A DNA stretch of 41,946 nt from a virus (taxonomy: Duplodnaviria > Caudoviricetes): the IMG/VR virus record IMGVR_UViG_3300037751_000826, positions 1-41,946 of that record; one strand, given 5' to 3'. The notes below the pieces were generated by a model, which did not search any database, was not told the origin of the DNA, and saw nothing but the letters and a program-made list of their open reading frames with translations. The position numbers and the translations under genes are program-made. This document shows, one piece after another, positions 23,639-32,925 of the stretch (position 1 is the first letter of the stretch; each line of letters begins with the position of its first letter).

Positions 23639-24955
23639 ATGAAACGACTCTACGCAGAAATCGCCAAGACCGAGGCCCAGGAAGACGGGACGATCAAGGT
23701 CTACGGCTACGCCAGCAGCGGCGCAGAAGACAGCGACGGCGAGACCATCACCTCGGATGCGATGAAGGCTGCCCTGCCCGACTACATGAAGTTCGGCGCG
23801 GTGCGCGAGATGCACGACGCCAAGAAGGCCGCGGGCACGGCGATCGAGGCCGAAGTGCAGGATGACGGCCGCACCTGGTTCGGCGCACACGTCGTCGACC
23901 CTGTCGCGGTGAAGAAGGTCGAAACTGGCGTCTACAAGGGCTTCAGCATCGGCGGCAAAGTAACCGGCCGCGACGACCTGAACAAGAAGCTCATCAAGAG
24001 CATCAAGCTGGTCGAGGTTTCGCTCGTGGATCGCCCGGCCAACCCCGAGGCGGTCTTCACCATGTTCAAGGCTGAGACCGCCGACGGCGAGCCTGGTGAC
24101 GGCAACGTGACCGAAAAGGCGGACGACCGAGCCCCCGGCGAGGAGGGCGCCGTGATCTTCACCGGCATGGCGGCCGAGGAAGTGAACGAGCTGGTGGCGC
24201 AGGTGAACACCATAAAGGCGGCCGGCGTTGACGGCTTGGCCAAGGCCGGCGGCTTCACGATCTGCGACGGCAAGGGCGAAACTTTCTGGGCCGCACCACA
24301 AGGCGCGGGCGGCGAGAGCATCAGCAAGACGGCGAATGAGTCGCTGCCGATGGGCGACGCGGAGCGCCGGAAGTTCCTGATCGATAACGGCTACACCGCG
24401 ACGACCGTCGCCAAGGCTGGTGCCCGCTACTCCAAAACCACCAAGACCATGCTGAAGGCGGCGCACGACGCTTGCAAAGCCGCCGACAAAGCACTGGCCG
24501 ACCTCAAGTACGACGAATCCGAGGATGCCGAGGACGACGAGCAGGGCAAGGCGGAGACTGTCCCCGACGACGCGCACGATGCCCTGCTGAAAGCCTGCGG
24601 CGCGGCCGGGTGCCCGGAAGGTGCGGTGGCTGTCGATTGGATCGCTGAGATCGCCGCCGAGCTGGAATCGATGCGCGAGCTCTCCAAGGCCGCCGGCATC
24701 GAAGGCGACACGCCGGCCGCCCTGGTCAACGCGCTGGCCAAGCGCGTGAAGGAACAGGCCGACGAAATCGCCAAGCTCAAGGACCAACCTGCCCCGCCCA
24801 AGGGCTACGCCAACGGCGTCGCGCTCAGCAAGGCCGATGACCGCGCCGGCGGCGACGCCAAGGAGGTCGCGCCGGTCATCACCAGCAGCGGCGAGGAAAA
24901 CGAAGTGGCAACGCTGATCAAGGCTGCGCAAACCAGCCCGATCCGCATCGCCTGA
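23639..24955 (+). CDS. Prohead protease with C-terminal scaffold region
   Basis: VYGYAS, VREMH, KGFSIGG, EVSLVDRPANP; GGAG SD; long helical C-terminus. Confidence 0.88.
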   Translation: MKRLYAEIAKTEAQEDGTIKVYGYASSGAEDSDGETITSDAMKAALPDYMKFGAVREMHDAKKAAGTAIEAEVQDDGRTWFGAHVVDPVAVKKVETGVYKGFSIGGKVTGRDDLNKKLIKSIKLVEVSLVDRPANPEAVFTMFKAETADGEPGDGNVTEKADDRAPGEEGAVIFTGMAAEEVNELVAQVNTIKAAGVDGLAKAGGFTICDGKGETFWAAPQGAGGESISKTANESLPMGDAERRKFLIDNGYTATTVAKAGARYSKTTKTMLKAAHDACKAADKALADLKYDESEDAEDDEQGKAETVPDDAHDALLKACGAAGCPEGAVAVDWIAEIAAELESMRELSKAAGIEGDTPAALVNALAKRVKEQADEIAKLKDQPAPPKGYANGVALSKADDRAGGDAKEVAPVITSSGEENEVATLIKAAQTSPIRIA

Positions 24956-25020
24956 TAGATCACCCACTGGGTGTAAACCGCCGGGGGTATTCCCGGCAAT
25001 CTTGATCTAGGAGAACGCAC

Positions 25021-26538
25021 ATGGGTGCTATCAACAGTGAAGAGGTGCTTGCGCTGGTCAAGACCGCGCAGGCCCAAGCGGTCGACGAGCTGGTGAAGAA
25101 CTTCAGCCAGCCCGGCTCGGCAACGGCAGGCATTCAGGGCTACGACCTGGAAGCCCCGTCCAAAAAGCTCTATCCCGTCCTCTGCCCCCTGCGCAACAGC
25201 ATCCCGCGCGTCGGCGGCGGCTTCGCCATCCAGGCCAACTGGAAGGCGATCACCGGTATCAACACCACCCGCGTACGCGCCGGCGTGAGCGAGGGCCAGC
25301 GCGGCGGCCAGGTGCAGCACACCTCCGCCGAGTACTTCGCCGCCTACCGCGGTATCGGGCTGGAAAAGGCCGTGACGTTCGAGGCCGACTACGCCGCCAA
25401 GGGCTTCGAGGATGTGAAGGCGCTGGCCGTGCAGCAGACGCTCGAGTCGCTGATGATCGAGGAGGAAATGATCCTGCTCGGCGGCAACACCTCGAACGCG
25501 CTGGGCACGACCCCTACACCTACGCTGGCGGCTTCAGCTTCCGGCGGCACCCTGGCTACGCAAACCCTGTCCGTCATCTGCGTGGCGCTTGGCCTGCAGT
25601 CCTACTGGGATGTGGCCGGCATCAACAACGGCCAGACCGGCGGTTCGTTCGACGCCGCCACCGCCCAGGTGAAAGCGGAGATCATCCGCAACAACGCCGA
25701 CGGTTCAACTGACACCTTCGGCGCCGGCACCGCGCAGAAATCTGCCGCTGCCACGGTGTCCGTCACCGGGCCGACTGGTTCCGTGGCGGCCTCTGTCGCA
25801 GCTGTCCGCGGCGCGGTCGCCTACGCCTGGTACTGGGGTGCGGCCGGCTCGGAGCGTCTGGGCGCGGTGACCACCATCAACAGCGTGTCGATCACCGCCG
25901 CCGCAAACGGTGCCGCGCAGCTCGCCAGCGCCCTGCCCGCTGCCGACAACTCGACCAGCGCGCTGGAGTTTGACGGCCTGCTGACCGTCGCCAGCAAGCC
26001 CGCGCTGAATTCGTACTACCAGGCTCTGGCCACCGGCACACCCGGCACCGGTACCTCGCTGACGGGTGCAGGCGGCCGCGTGGTTGAGATCGACACCGCG
26101 CTGGCGTCGTTCTTCGACAAGTACCGCCTGCAGCCGAACGAGATCCAGCTCAACTTCCGGCAGTTCCAGAAGATCACCAACCTGGTGCTGGGCCAGACCA
26201 ACCCGCAGGTGATGTTCACGGTCGACGTGAACAGCCCGAAGGAGCTGATCGCCGGCCGCAACGTCGGCAAGTATCTGTCGCCGATCACCGGCGAGGTGAT
26301 CGACCTGGTGGTGCACCCGAACCTGCCGCCCGGCACGATCCTGTTCCGCACCACCCGGGTTCCGTCGTATCTGGATGGCGTTTCGGACCTGTGCCGTGTC
26401 CGCACCCGCCGCGAGTATCACCAGATCGAATGGCCGCTGCGCACTCGGAAGTACGAGTACGGCGTCTACGCCGACGAGGTGCTGCAGCACTACTTCCCGC
26501 CGAGCCTCGGCATCATCACCAACGTCGCCAACGGTTAA
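25021..26538 (+). CDS. Major capsid protein with an inserted Ala/Thr-rich beta domain
   Basis: Position after the protease; strong codon bias; GYDLEAP, EFDGLL, VHPNLPPG, YEYGVY; followed by a terminator. Confidence 0.85.
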   Translation: MGAINSEEVLALVKTAQAQAVDELVKNFSQPGSATAGIQGYDLEAPSKKLYPVLCPLRNSIPRVGGGFAIQANWKAITGINTTRVRAGVSEGQRGGQVQHTSAEYFAAYRGIGLEKAVTFEADYAAKGFEDVKALAVQQTLESLMIEEEMILLGGNTSNALGTTPTPTLAASASGGTLATQTLSVICVALGLQSYWDVAGINNGQTGGSFDAATAQVKAEIIRNNADGSTDTFGAGTAQKSAAATVSVTGPTGSVAASVAAVRGAVAYAWYWGAAGSERLGAVTTINSVSITAAANGAAQLASALPAADNSTSALEFDGLLTVASKPALNSYYQALATGTPGTGTSLTGAGGRVVEIDTALASFFDKYRLQPNEIQLNFRQFQKITNLVLGQTNPQVMFTVDVNSPKELIAGRNVGKYLSPITGEVIDLVVHPNLPPGTILFRTTRVPSYLDGVSDLCRVRTRREYHQIEWPLRTRKYEYGVYADEVLQHYFPPSLGIITNVANG

Positions 26539-26553
26539 TCGAAGGCGAGCACC

Positions 26554-26578
26554 AGGCCCCGTTCCGGCGGGGCTTTTT
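26554..26578 (+). terminator. Intrinsic terminator after the capsid gene
   Basis: GGCCCCG-TTCCGG-CGGGGCT then TTTT. Confidence 0.75.
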
Positions 26579-26598
26579 CATTTCTCAAGGAGACTCAC

Positions 26599-26919
26599 AT
26601 GAGTGGAAAAATCAAGCTGGTTCCGCCCGAAGGCGTGACAAGCGCATCCTTCGACGGCGTCGAATACCCGGTCGACGATGACGGCATCTGCGAAGTTCCG
26701 GCCGAGGCCGCACTGAGCCTGTACGGCTTCGGCTTCGGCAACGCGCCCGCAGTGCCGGCCGAGCCCGCGAAGCCCGAGACCGCCGCCCAGAAGAAAGCGC
26801 GCGAGAAGGCCGAAGCCGAAGCTGCTGCTGCTGAAGCCGAGGCCAAGGCCGCCGAGGAAGCCGCAGCCGCTGCCACCGCCAACGGCAACGCGCCCGCAGT
26901 GCCGGCCGGAGGCAATTGA
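26599..26919 (+). CDS. Small head-associated protein with Ala/Glu/Lys tail
   Basis: AAGGAG SD; GNAPAVPA repeated twice. Confidence 0.75.
   Translation: MSGKIKLVPPEGVTSASFDGVEYPVDDDGICEVPAEAALSLYGFGFGNAPAVPAEPAKPETAAQKKAREKAEAEAAAAEAEAKAAEEAAAAATANGNAPAVPAGGN
26736..26908 (+). repeat. Exact 26-bp direct repeat
   Basis: CGGCAACGCGCCCGCAGTGCCGGCCG at 26736-26761 and 26883-26908. Confidence 0.9.
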
Positions 26920-26984
26920 ACGCCGTATAGCGCATGAATTAGCCGTGACACCCGGAACGACGGCACAACAAGAAAGGAACTGAA

Positions 26985-27227
26985 ATGCACTACCGAAACG
27001 GCCGCGAGGCCAAGAATGGCGACAAGATCGTGAAACTGGAAGGCGGCAAGGTTGTTGCCTTCGGCGTGCTGCACAGCGCGACACCTGGCAATGACTACTG
27101 CAACGGCAACATTGCGGTGATCCAGGCGCCGAACGACTACGCCTGCATGTGCGATTGCTTGCACATCGACGACGTGGCCGAAGTGCTAGCCGCGCAGGGC
27201 CTGGATAAGCGGCCCGAAGGCAAGTAA
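26985..27227 (+). CDS. Hypothetical Cys-containing protein
   Basis: AAGGA SD; MHYRNGREAKNGD...YCN...CMCDCLH. Confidence 0.75.
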   Translation: MHYRNGREAKNGDKIVKLEGGKVVAFGVLHSATPGNDYCNGNIAVIQAPNDYACMCDCLHIDDVAEVLAAQGLDKRPEGK

Positions 27228-27233
27228 TCCAGC

Positions 27234-27776
27234 ATGCCGCTCACCACCACCGCCGCGGTCAAGCTCTACAAGGGCATCACCGGCAACGAGCTCGATGCAC
27301 TGATCGACGAGCTCGTCTCGCGCGCCAGCGCGGCGATCGAGACGTACCTGTCGCGCAAGATCGAGAGCACGGCGCACGTCGAGATCCGGGACGGCAATGG
27401 TGGACGGACGATGATGCTTGAGCAGTACCCGGTGACGGCCGTCTCGGCTGTCACCCTCAACGGACATGCGATCCCGCAAAGCAGTGGATTCGGCACAGCG
27501 GGCTGGCGCTTGGCCAACCGCTCGATCGTGCTGGAGGGGTACAGCTTCGCCAAGGGCTGCGCGAACGTTCAGATCGACTACACGGCCGGCCACCAAGCCG
27601 TCCCTGCCGACATCGATCAGGCCTGCATCGAGACCATTCTGCTGGCTCTTGAGCGTCGGTCGCACATCGACGTGTCGAGCAAGAGCCTCGCCGGCGAGAC
27701 GGTGAGCTTCATCACCGCCGACCTGCCGCCGTCGGCCCGCAAGGCGCTGGATCCTCACCGCAGGGTGGCGCCATGA
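27234..27776 (+). CDS. Head-tail connector/adaptor
   Basis: AIETYLSR, QYPVTAV, IDYTAG, VPADIDQAC; position in the neck module. Confidence 0.82.
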   Translation: MPLTTTAAVKLYKGITGNELDALIDELVSRASAAIETYLSRKIESTAHVEIRDGNGGRTMMLEQYPVTAVSAVTLNGHAIPQSSGFGTAGWRLANRSIVLEGYSFAKGCANVQIDYTAGHQAVPADIDQACIETILLALERRSHIDVSSKSLAGETVSFITADLPPSARKALDPHRRVAP

Positions 27777-28264
27777 TCCGGGGGCGTGTTACCGGCCGGA
27801 ACGAGACCATCGTAAAGCTCGGAAAGGCGGACCTGCGCGTGCGCGAGGCCGTGCGCCTCTCCATCTCCCGAATCACACTCCAATTACTGCGGAAGGTGAA
27901 AGCGGACAAGTTGTCCGGCCAGGTACTGAACGTGCGCACCGGGCGCCTACGCAGGTCTATCACGCAGCGAGTCGAAGCGTCACCGAGCAAGATCACCGGG
28001 ATCGTCGGCACGAACGTCAAATACGCCCGGATGCACGAATTCGGCTTCACGGGCCAGCAGTCGGTGAAAGCACACGTCCGGCAAATCAAGAGCGCATTCG
28101 GACGCTCCCTGAGCGGGGCGCGCCCAGTTATGGTGAGGGCGCATTCGCGCAACGTGCACGTCCCTGAGCGTTCCTTCCTTCGCAGCGCCCTGATAGACAT
28201 GGAGCCGCACATCCGCTCCCAAATGCGGGAGTTGATTGCACGTGAGCTCGGGAGGCGGCTGTGA
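27773..28264 (+). CDS. Neck/tail completion protein (HK97 gp10-like)
   Basis: VRTGRLRRSI, VGTNVKYA..HEFG, PERSFL. Confidence 0.82.
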   Translation: MIRGRVTGRNETIVKLGKADLRVREAVRLSISRITLQLLRKVKADKLSGQVLNVRTGRLRRSITQRVEASPSKITGIVGTNVKYARMHEFGFTGQQSVKAHVRQIKSAFGRSLSGARPVMVRAHSRNVHVPERSFLRSALIDMEPHIRSQMRELIARELGRRL

Positions 28265-28683
28265 CGAACTTCGAGCCGATCTATGCCGCGCTGTTCGCAA
28301 AGCTCGAAGGCATCGCCGGTCTCAAGACATCGTCCCGGCGCTTGCGGCACTGGAATGACGTCCCCAAAGAGCAGCAGCCGGCGCTGTTCATGATCCAGGT
28401 CGGCGAAGCGCCGGAGCAGGTCAAGGGCTTGCCGCCAAAGTGGCGGCTGGGCGTCGAGGTCTATCTGTATGTGAACGTCGCCGAGGATGCGGCGCCCGCG
28501 ACCATCCTGAACCCACTGCTCGGGGCGGTGCGCGATGCACTTGGCCCTGGGCCAGTCTCGAACACCCAGACGCTGAACGGCTTGGCCTCCCACGCCTGGA
28601 TCGCCGGTCAGATCGAGGTCTACGACGGCGTGCTCGGCAGCCAAGCGGTTGCCCTGGTGCCGATCGAGGTTCTCGTAGCCTAG
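28261..28683 (+). CDS. Probable tail terminator protein
   Basis: Size, position and GTGA overlap; QPALF, QTLNGL. Confidence 0.7.
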   Translation: MTNFEPIYAALFAKLEGIAGLKTSSRRLRHWNDVPKEQQPALFMIQVGEAPEQVKGLPPKWRLGVEVYLYVNVAEDAAPATILNPLLGAVRDALGPGPVSNTQTLNGLASHAWIAGQIEVYDGVLGSQAVALVPIEVLVA

Positions 28684-28715
28684 CCCTTAACGCCCGCGTC
28701 CCGCGGAATTGCAAT

Positions 28716-28740
28716 AGCCGCCCTTGAGCGGCTTTTTTTT
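28716..28740 (+). terminator. Intrinsic terminator before the major tail gene
   Basis: AGCCGC-CCTTGA-GCGGCT plus a T tract, directly followed by GGAGG. Confidence 0.75.
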
Positions 28741-28751
28741 GGAGGTTACCC

Positions 28752-29507
28752 ATGATTCAGTTCGGCGCAGGCGCGCTCTACGGCACCCCGACCCACGACG
28801 GGGCCGGTTCTGCCATTACCACCCCCACCCCAATTAAGTTCGGCTCGATGCAGGAAGTCGGCGTCGACATGTCGTTCGATGCGAAGAAGCTGTACGGCGC
28901 GATGCAATTCCCCCTCGCGGTTGCCCGCGGCAAGGGCTCGCTGTCGTTCAAAGCGAAAATGGCTGACATCGACGGCCGCGTTCTGTCCGACCTGTTCTTC
29001 GGTCACACCGCGGCCGCCGGCATCAAGTCGACCGTGAACGGCTTCGCCGCCGCGATCCCCGCGACGCCGTTCACGATCACCGTTGCCCCGCCCAACTCCG
29101 GCACGTTCGTTGCCGACTTGGGCGTGATCGACGCATCGACGGGCAAGCCGCTCACCCGCGTCGGCGCCGCGCCCGCCACGGGGCAGTACATGGTCTCGGC
29201 TGTTGGCCTGTACACGTTCGCCGCCGCCGACACGCTGAAGAACGTGCTGATTTCCTACGAGTACAGCGCCGTCAGCACGACGGCGCTGTACGGGGTTATC
29301 AGCAACCAGCTGATGGGCGCGAGCCCGTTCTTTGGCGTGACCCTGAACAACGCCTACCAGGGCCGCGTGCTGACGCTGAAGTTCAACCGCTGCATGTCGT
29401 CGAAGTTCTCGATGCCGTTCAAGAACGAGGATTTCGCGATCCCGGACTTCGAGTTCGAGGCCATGGCCGACGACGCAGGCAACGTCGGCTACTGGGCGAT
29501 CTCCTGA
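28752..29507 (+). CDS. Major tail (tube) protein
   Basis: 251 aa, beta-rich, upstream of the chaperones and tape measure; no sheath gene present. Confidence 0.8.
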   Translation: MIQFGAGALYGTPTHDGAGSAITTPTPIKFGSMQEVGVDMSFDAKKLYGAMQFPLAVARGKGSLSFKAKMADIDGRVLSDLFFGHTAAAGIKSTVNGFAAAIPATPFTITVAPPNSGTFVADLGVIDASTGKPLTRVGAAPATGQYMVSAVGLYTFAAADTLKNVLISYEYSAVSTTALYGVISNQLMGASPFFGVTLNNAYQGRVLTLKFNRCMSSKFSMPFKNEDFAIPDFEFEAMADDAGNVGYWAIS

Positions 29508-29614
29508 TCCGAGCAGTGTAGGTAGCCGGGGGCCGTGAAGAGGCCCTGGCGTCGGGCGTGCGAAACCACGTCGCAACCCGGCAACCACTCCAACCTTTTC
29601 AGGAACACAACATC

Positions 29615-29944
29615 ATGATCGAAGGCAAGAAGGTCCAGATGGGCGGCAAGGAATGGATCGTGCCGCCGCTAAATTTCCGCTCTCTCAAAGCGCACCGCGA
29701 GGCGCTGATGACGGCCACACCAGCGTCGCTCGTCGCCAGCGGAAAAGTCGTTGACCTGATCCACGAAGCGCTGAAGCGCAACTACCCAGAGCTCACGCTC
29801 GACGAGCTGGAGGACATGCTCGACATGGGTAACGCGCTCGCCGTGACCGAAGCCGTGCTCGGCGTCTCCGGCCTCGTGGAGCGGGAATCGGGGGAAGCTC
29901 CGGCGGCGACGACTTCGACTGGGGAGAGCTCTACGGCTTCCTAA
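29615..29944 (+). CDS. Tail assembly chaperone (G-like)
   Basis: Between tail tube and tape measure; slippery site near the 3' end. Confidence 0.8.
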   Translation: MIEGKKVQMGGKEWIVPPLNFRSLKAHREALMTATPASLVASGKVVDLIHEALKRNYPELTLDELEDMLDMGNALAVTEAVLGVSGLVERESGEAPAATTSTGESSTAS

Positions 29945-30168
29945 TCACCGTCACTGGTTGGACGTGGGAGTACATCGACGAGTCGATGGACATCCCGCGC
30001 CTTCAGGCGATGAACAGTCATTGGAAGGCATCGCCGCCGATCCACGTGATGCTCGCCCAGTTCTTCGGGTACGAGCGCAAGAAACCATCTCAACAGTCGG
30101 CCGACAAGTCGCTCACCAGCGACGAGGAAATGGCCGCGTTCCTCGGGATACTCACCAATGTCAGCTAA
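29615..30168 (+). CDS. Tail chaperone G-T fusion via -1 frameshift at G GGG GAA (29890-29896)
   Basis: The -1 frame is open from 29896 (SSGGDDFDWGELYG...) into the 29986-30168 ORF. Confidence 0.8.
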
Positions 30169-32323
30169 CGACCTCGAAGTCCGCGTAGGCGCGGACACGT
30201 CCGGGCTCGCCCGCGGCATGGATGACGCCGGGCGTGCTGTCCGCGACGGCTCGCGCAACATGGAGGGCGAACTGCGCAACTCGGCCGACAAGATGCAGGG
30301 CATCGCGTCGCAGCTACAGTCGCGCTTGCTCGGCCTGTTCTCCATCGGCGCCATCGTCGGCTTCGTGAAGTCGACCAAGGAGGCCGTGACGCAGGCCGAG
30401 GGGGCATATCGGGGCCTCGAGGCCGTGGCCAATCACGCGGGCATCGGCATCGGCAAGGCCATGCAGTCGGCGGCACGTATTTCGGCCGACGGTCTGATGA
30501 CCACGGCCGAGGCGTCGAAGGCATTGCAGAACCTCCTCGCGCGCGGCTACAACATCGACCAGGCCGAGACGACGCTGCTGCGCCTGAAGGACGCCGCGGC
30601 ATTCAACCGCGCGGCGCACCTGTCGATGGGTGAGGCCGTGGTGACGGCGTCCGAGGGCTTAAAGAACGAGAACTCGATTCTCGTCGACAACGCGGGCGTG
30701 ACGAAAAACGTCTCAAAGATGTGGGAGGACTGGGGCAAGGCGCACGGCGTCTCCGTGTCGAAGATGACGCAGGCGCAAAAGATCACGGCCGAGTACAACG
30801 GCGTGCTTCAGGAGACCGCCGCACAGCTGGGCAACGCCGAGAAGGCGTCGACCGGCTTGCAGGGTCAGGACGCGAAGCTGACTGCCGAATGGCAGAACAT
30901 GAAGATCATGGTCGGCGAGGCACTGATCCCCGCGTTCGCCAAGTTGGCCGAGTGGGGTTCGTGGCTGGTGTCGAACGTCTTCGTGCCGCTGCTGAAGGTG
31001 ACGAAGATGTGGGGCGCGGCAATCGGCGCGCTCGCGATGGACTTCAGCATCGTCTGGGACGCGGTCACGAACTTCGACTTCGAAGGAATCATGGAGAAGC
31101 GCAAGCGGAACCTTGAGAACTTCGCCGAGACCGCGAAGGACATCTGGAATGAGCAGGCCGGGGCGAGCTTCCAGCCGAACGGCGCCGCGGGCACGCCCGG
31201 CACGCCCGGGGCGCCGGCCTCGGGAGGCGGCGGCACGGACAAGAAGACCGGTTCGAAGAAGTCCAAGGCTGACGGCCCGGTCGACGTGTTCGACAGCGGC
31301 AGCTACATCGCCGGCACGAAGGACGTCGCCGACTTCATCCGCGACCAGTTCGAGGACGTGAACAGTATGGAGCGCGAAATGGCGGCGGACTCCGCACGCC
31401 TCGCGCAGATGCGCGCTCGCGCCACCCGTGACGCCGCGCTGGAAGAACTCGCCACCCGCCGTGACGTCGCGCAGCAGGACTATGAGTTCGGCGCCATGAC
31501 CAAGGGGCAGCTGCTCGCGCTCGAGGAACAGTTCGAGCAGCGCCGCGCCGAGATCCACCGCACAGCACTCGCCGAGGAACAGGCCGCGGTCGACCCGACC
31601 AGCGACCCGGTGGCCTACGAGGCGCTGAAGCTGGAGCTCGAGGAGGTCGAGGCCGCGCATCAAGCGCGCATGGCTCAGATCCGCGGTGACGCGCTGGCGC
31701 AGCAAGTGGCGCCGATGATGAACGTCATCAACTCGATGGAATCTGGCCTGATGCAGCTCGGCAACGCCGTCCTCACCAACTGGCGCGGCGTCGGCACGGC
31801 GCTGAAGGGCGTCTTGGCCAACATCGGACAGTCGATCATTCAGGAGACGATCCTCAAGCCGCTGACAGCGAAGATCGCAGCGTTCGCGAAAGAGCGCGTG
31901 CTCGCAATGGCGCGCATGGGAACGAACGCAGCGGAGGCCGGCTCGGGCGCGGCTGCGTCGCAGGCCTCGATCCCGTTCGTCGGCCCGGTGCTCGCGATCG
32001 CCGCGATGGGCGCGATCTTCGCGGCCGTCATGGGGATGTCGAGCAAGGTTCCGTCAGCTGCCGGCGGCTTCGACATTCCAGGCGGCGTCAACCCACTGAC
32101 CCAGCTGCATGAGAAGGAAATGGTGCTGCCGGCGAAGTACGCCGAGGTGATCCGCGGCATGGCAGGCGGCGCCGAGGGCGGCGAGGCAGCGGAGCCGGCA
32201 ATGCCGCCAATCAGCATGAACATCACGACGATGGACTCGGTCGACGTGAAGCGCTTCATGCTCGACAACCGCGGCGCGGTCGCTGACGCGATCAAGGCCG
32301 CTTTGAGGGACTTCAGACGATGA
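30158..32323 (+). CDS. Tape measure protein
   Basis: 721 aa, Ala-rich helical, LEVRVGADTS start, position before the tail tip genes. Confidence 0.9.
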   Translation: MSANDLEVRVGADTSGLARGMDDAGRAVRDGSRNMEGELRNSADKMQGIASQLQSRLLGLFSIGAIVGFVKSTKEAVTQAEGAYRGLEAVANHAGIGIGKAMQSAARISADGLMTTAEASKALQNLLARGYNIDQAETTLLRLKDAAAFNRAAHLSMGEAVVTASEGLKNENSILVDNAGVTKNVSKMWEDWGKAHGVSVSKMTQAQKITAEYNGVLQETAAQLGNAEKASTGLQGQDAKLTAEWQNMKIMVGEALIPAFAKLAEWGSWLVSNVFVPLLKVTKMWGAAIGALAMDFSIVWDAVTNFDFEGIMEKRKRNLENFAETAKDIWNEQAGASFQPNGAAGTPGTPGAPASGGGGTDKKTGSKKSKADGPVDVFDSGSYIAGTKDVADFIRDQFEDVNSMEREMAADSARLAQMRARATRDAALEELATRRDVAQQDYEFGAMTKGQLLALEEQFEQRRAEIHRTALAEEQAAVDPTSDPVAYEALKLELEEVEAAHQARMAQIRGDALAQQVAPMMNVINSMESGLMQLGNAVLTNWRGVGTALKGVLANIGQSIIQETILKPLTAKIAAFAKERVLAMARMGTNAAEAGSGAAASQASIPFVGPVLAIAAMGAIFAAVMGMSSKVPSAAGGFDIPGGVNPLTQLHEKEMVLPAKYAEVIRGMAGGAEGGEAAEPAMPPISMNITTMDSVDVKRFMLDNRGAVADAIKAALRDFRR

Positions 32324-32925
32324 GCAGTGCCGTCTTCCCGGACCTGCCGGGCGTCGACATCAAGGTGCGCAAATCCCCGATTTGGAACACCAAGATTCAG
32401 ACGGCGGTGTCCGGAAAGGAGCTGCGCACGTCGTTCTACTCATACCCGCTGTACAAGATCAGCCTGTCGTTCAACTTCCTGCGCGCGGGCGCCGAAGCGG
32501 AACTGCAGAACCTGGTCGGCTTCTTCAATGCGCGCAAGGGGAGCTTCGACAGCTTCCTCTACACCGACCCGATAGACCACACGGTGGCGGCGCAATCGTT
32601 CGGCGTTGGCGACGGCGCAAACATCAAGTTTCAGCTGGTCCGGGCGTTCGGCGGCAACGTCGAGCCGGTGATGAATCTCAACGGCGCACCGGCGCTTTAC
32701 CGCGACAACTCGCCGCTAACGCCGGGCACCGACTACAGCATCGACAGCCTCGGCATGGTGACGTTCGTCACCGCGCCGCCGTCTGGCCACGCGTTGAGCT
32801 GGGATGGCGCCTACTACTACCGCGTGCGCTTCGAGCGCGACACTACCGACTTCGAGCAGTTCCTCTGGATGCTCTGGGAGGCCAAGCGAATCGAGCTGCG
32901 CGGGTCGCTCGGAACAAAAATATGA
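32320..32925 (+). CDS. DUF2460 distal tail protein (GTA-like)
   Basis: SGKELR, FFNARKG, FGVGDG..FQL, YYRVRF. Confidence 0.85.
   Translation: MSSAVFPDLPGVDIKVRKSPIWNTKIQTAVSGKELRTSFYSYPLYKISLSFNFLRAGAEAELQNLVGFFNARKGSFDSFLYTDPIDHTVAAQSFGVGDGANIKFQLVRAFGGNVEPVMNLNGAPALYRDNSPLTPGTDYSIDSLGMVTFVTAPPSGHALSWDGAYYYRVRFERDTTDFEQFLWMLWEAKRIELRGSLGTKI

Noticed and set aside
21397-24967. Long antisense ORFs (21397-23532, 23561-24967) and similar ones elsewhere
   Set aside because: Shadow frames of GC-rich genes; no recognisable motifs and fully overlapped by well-supported genes.
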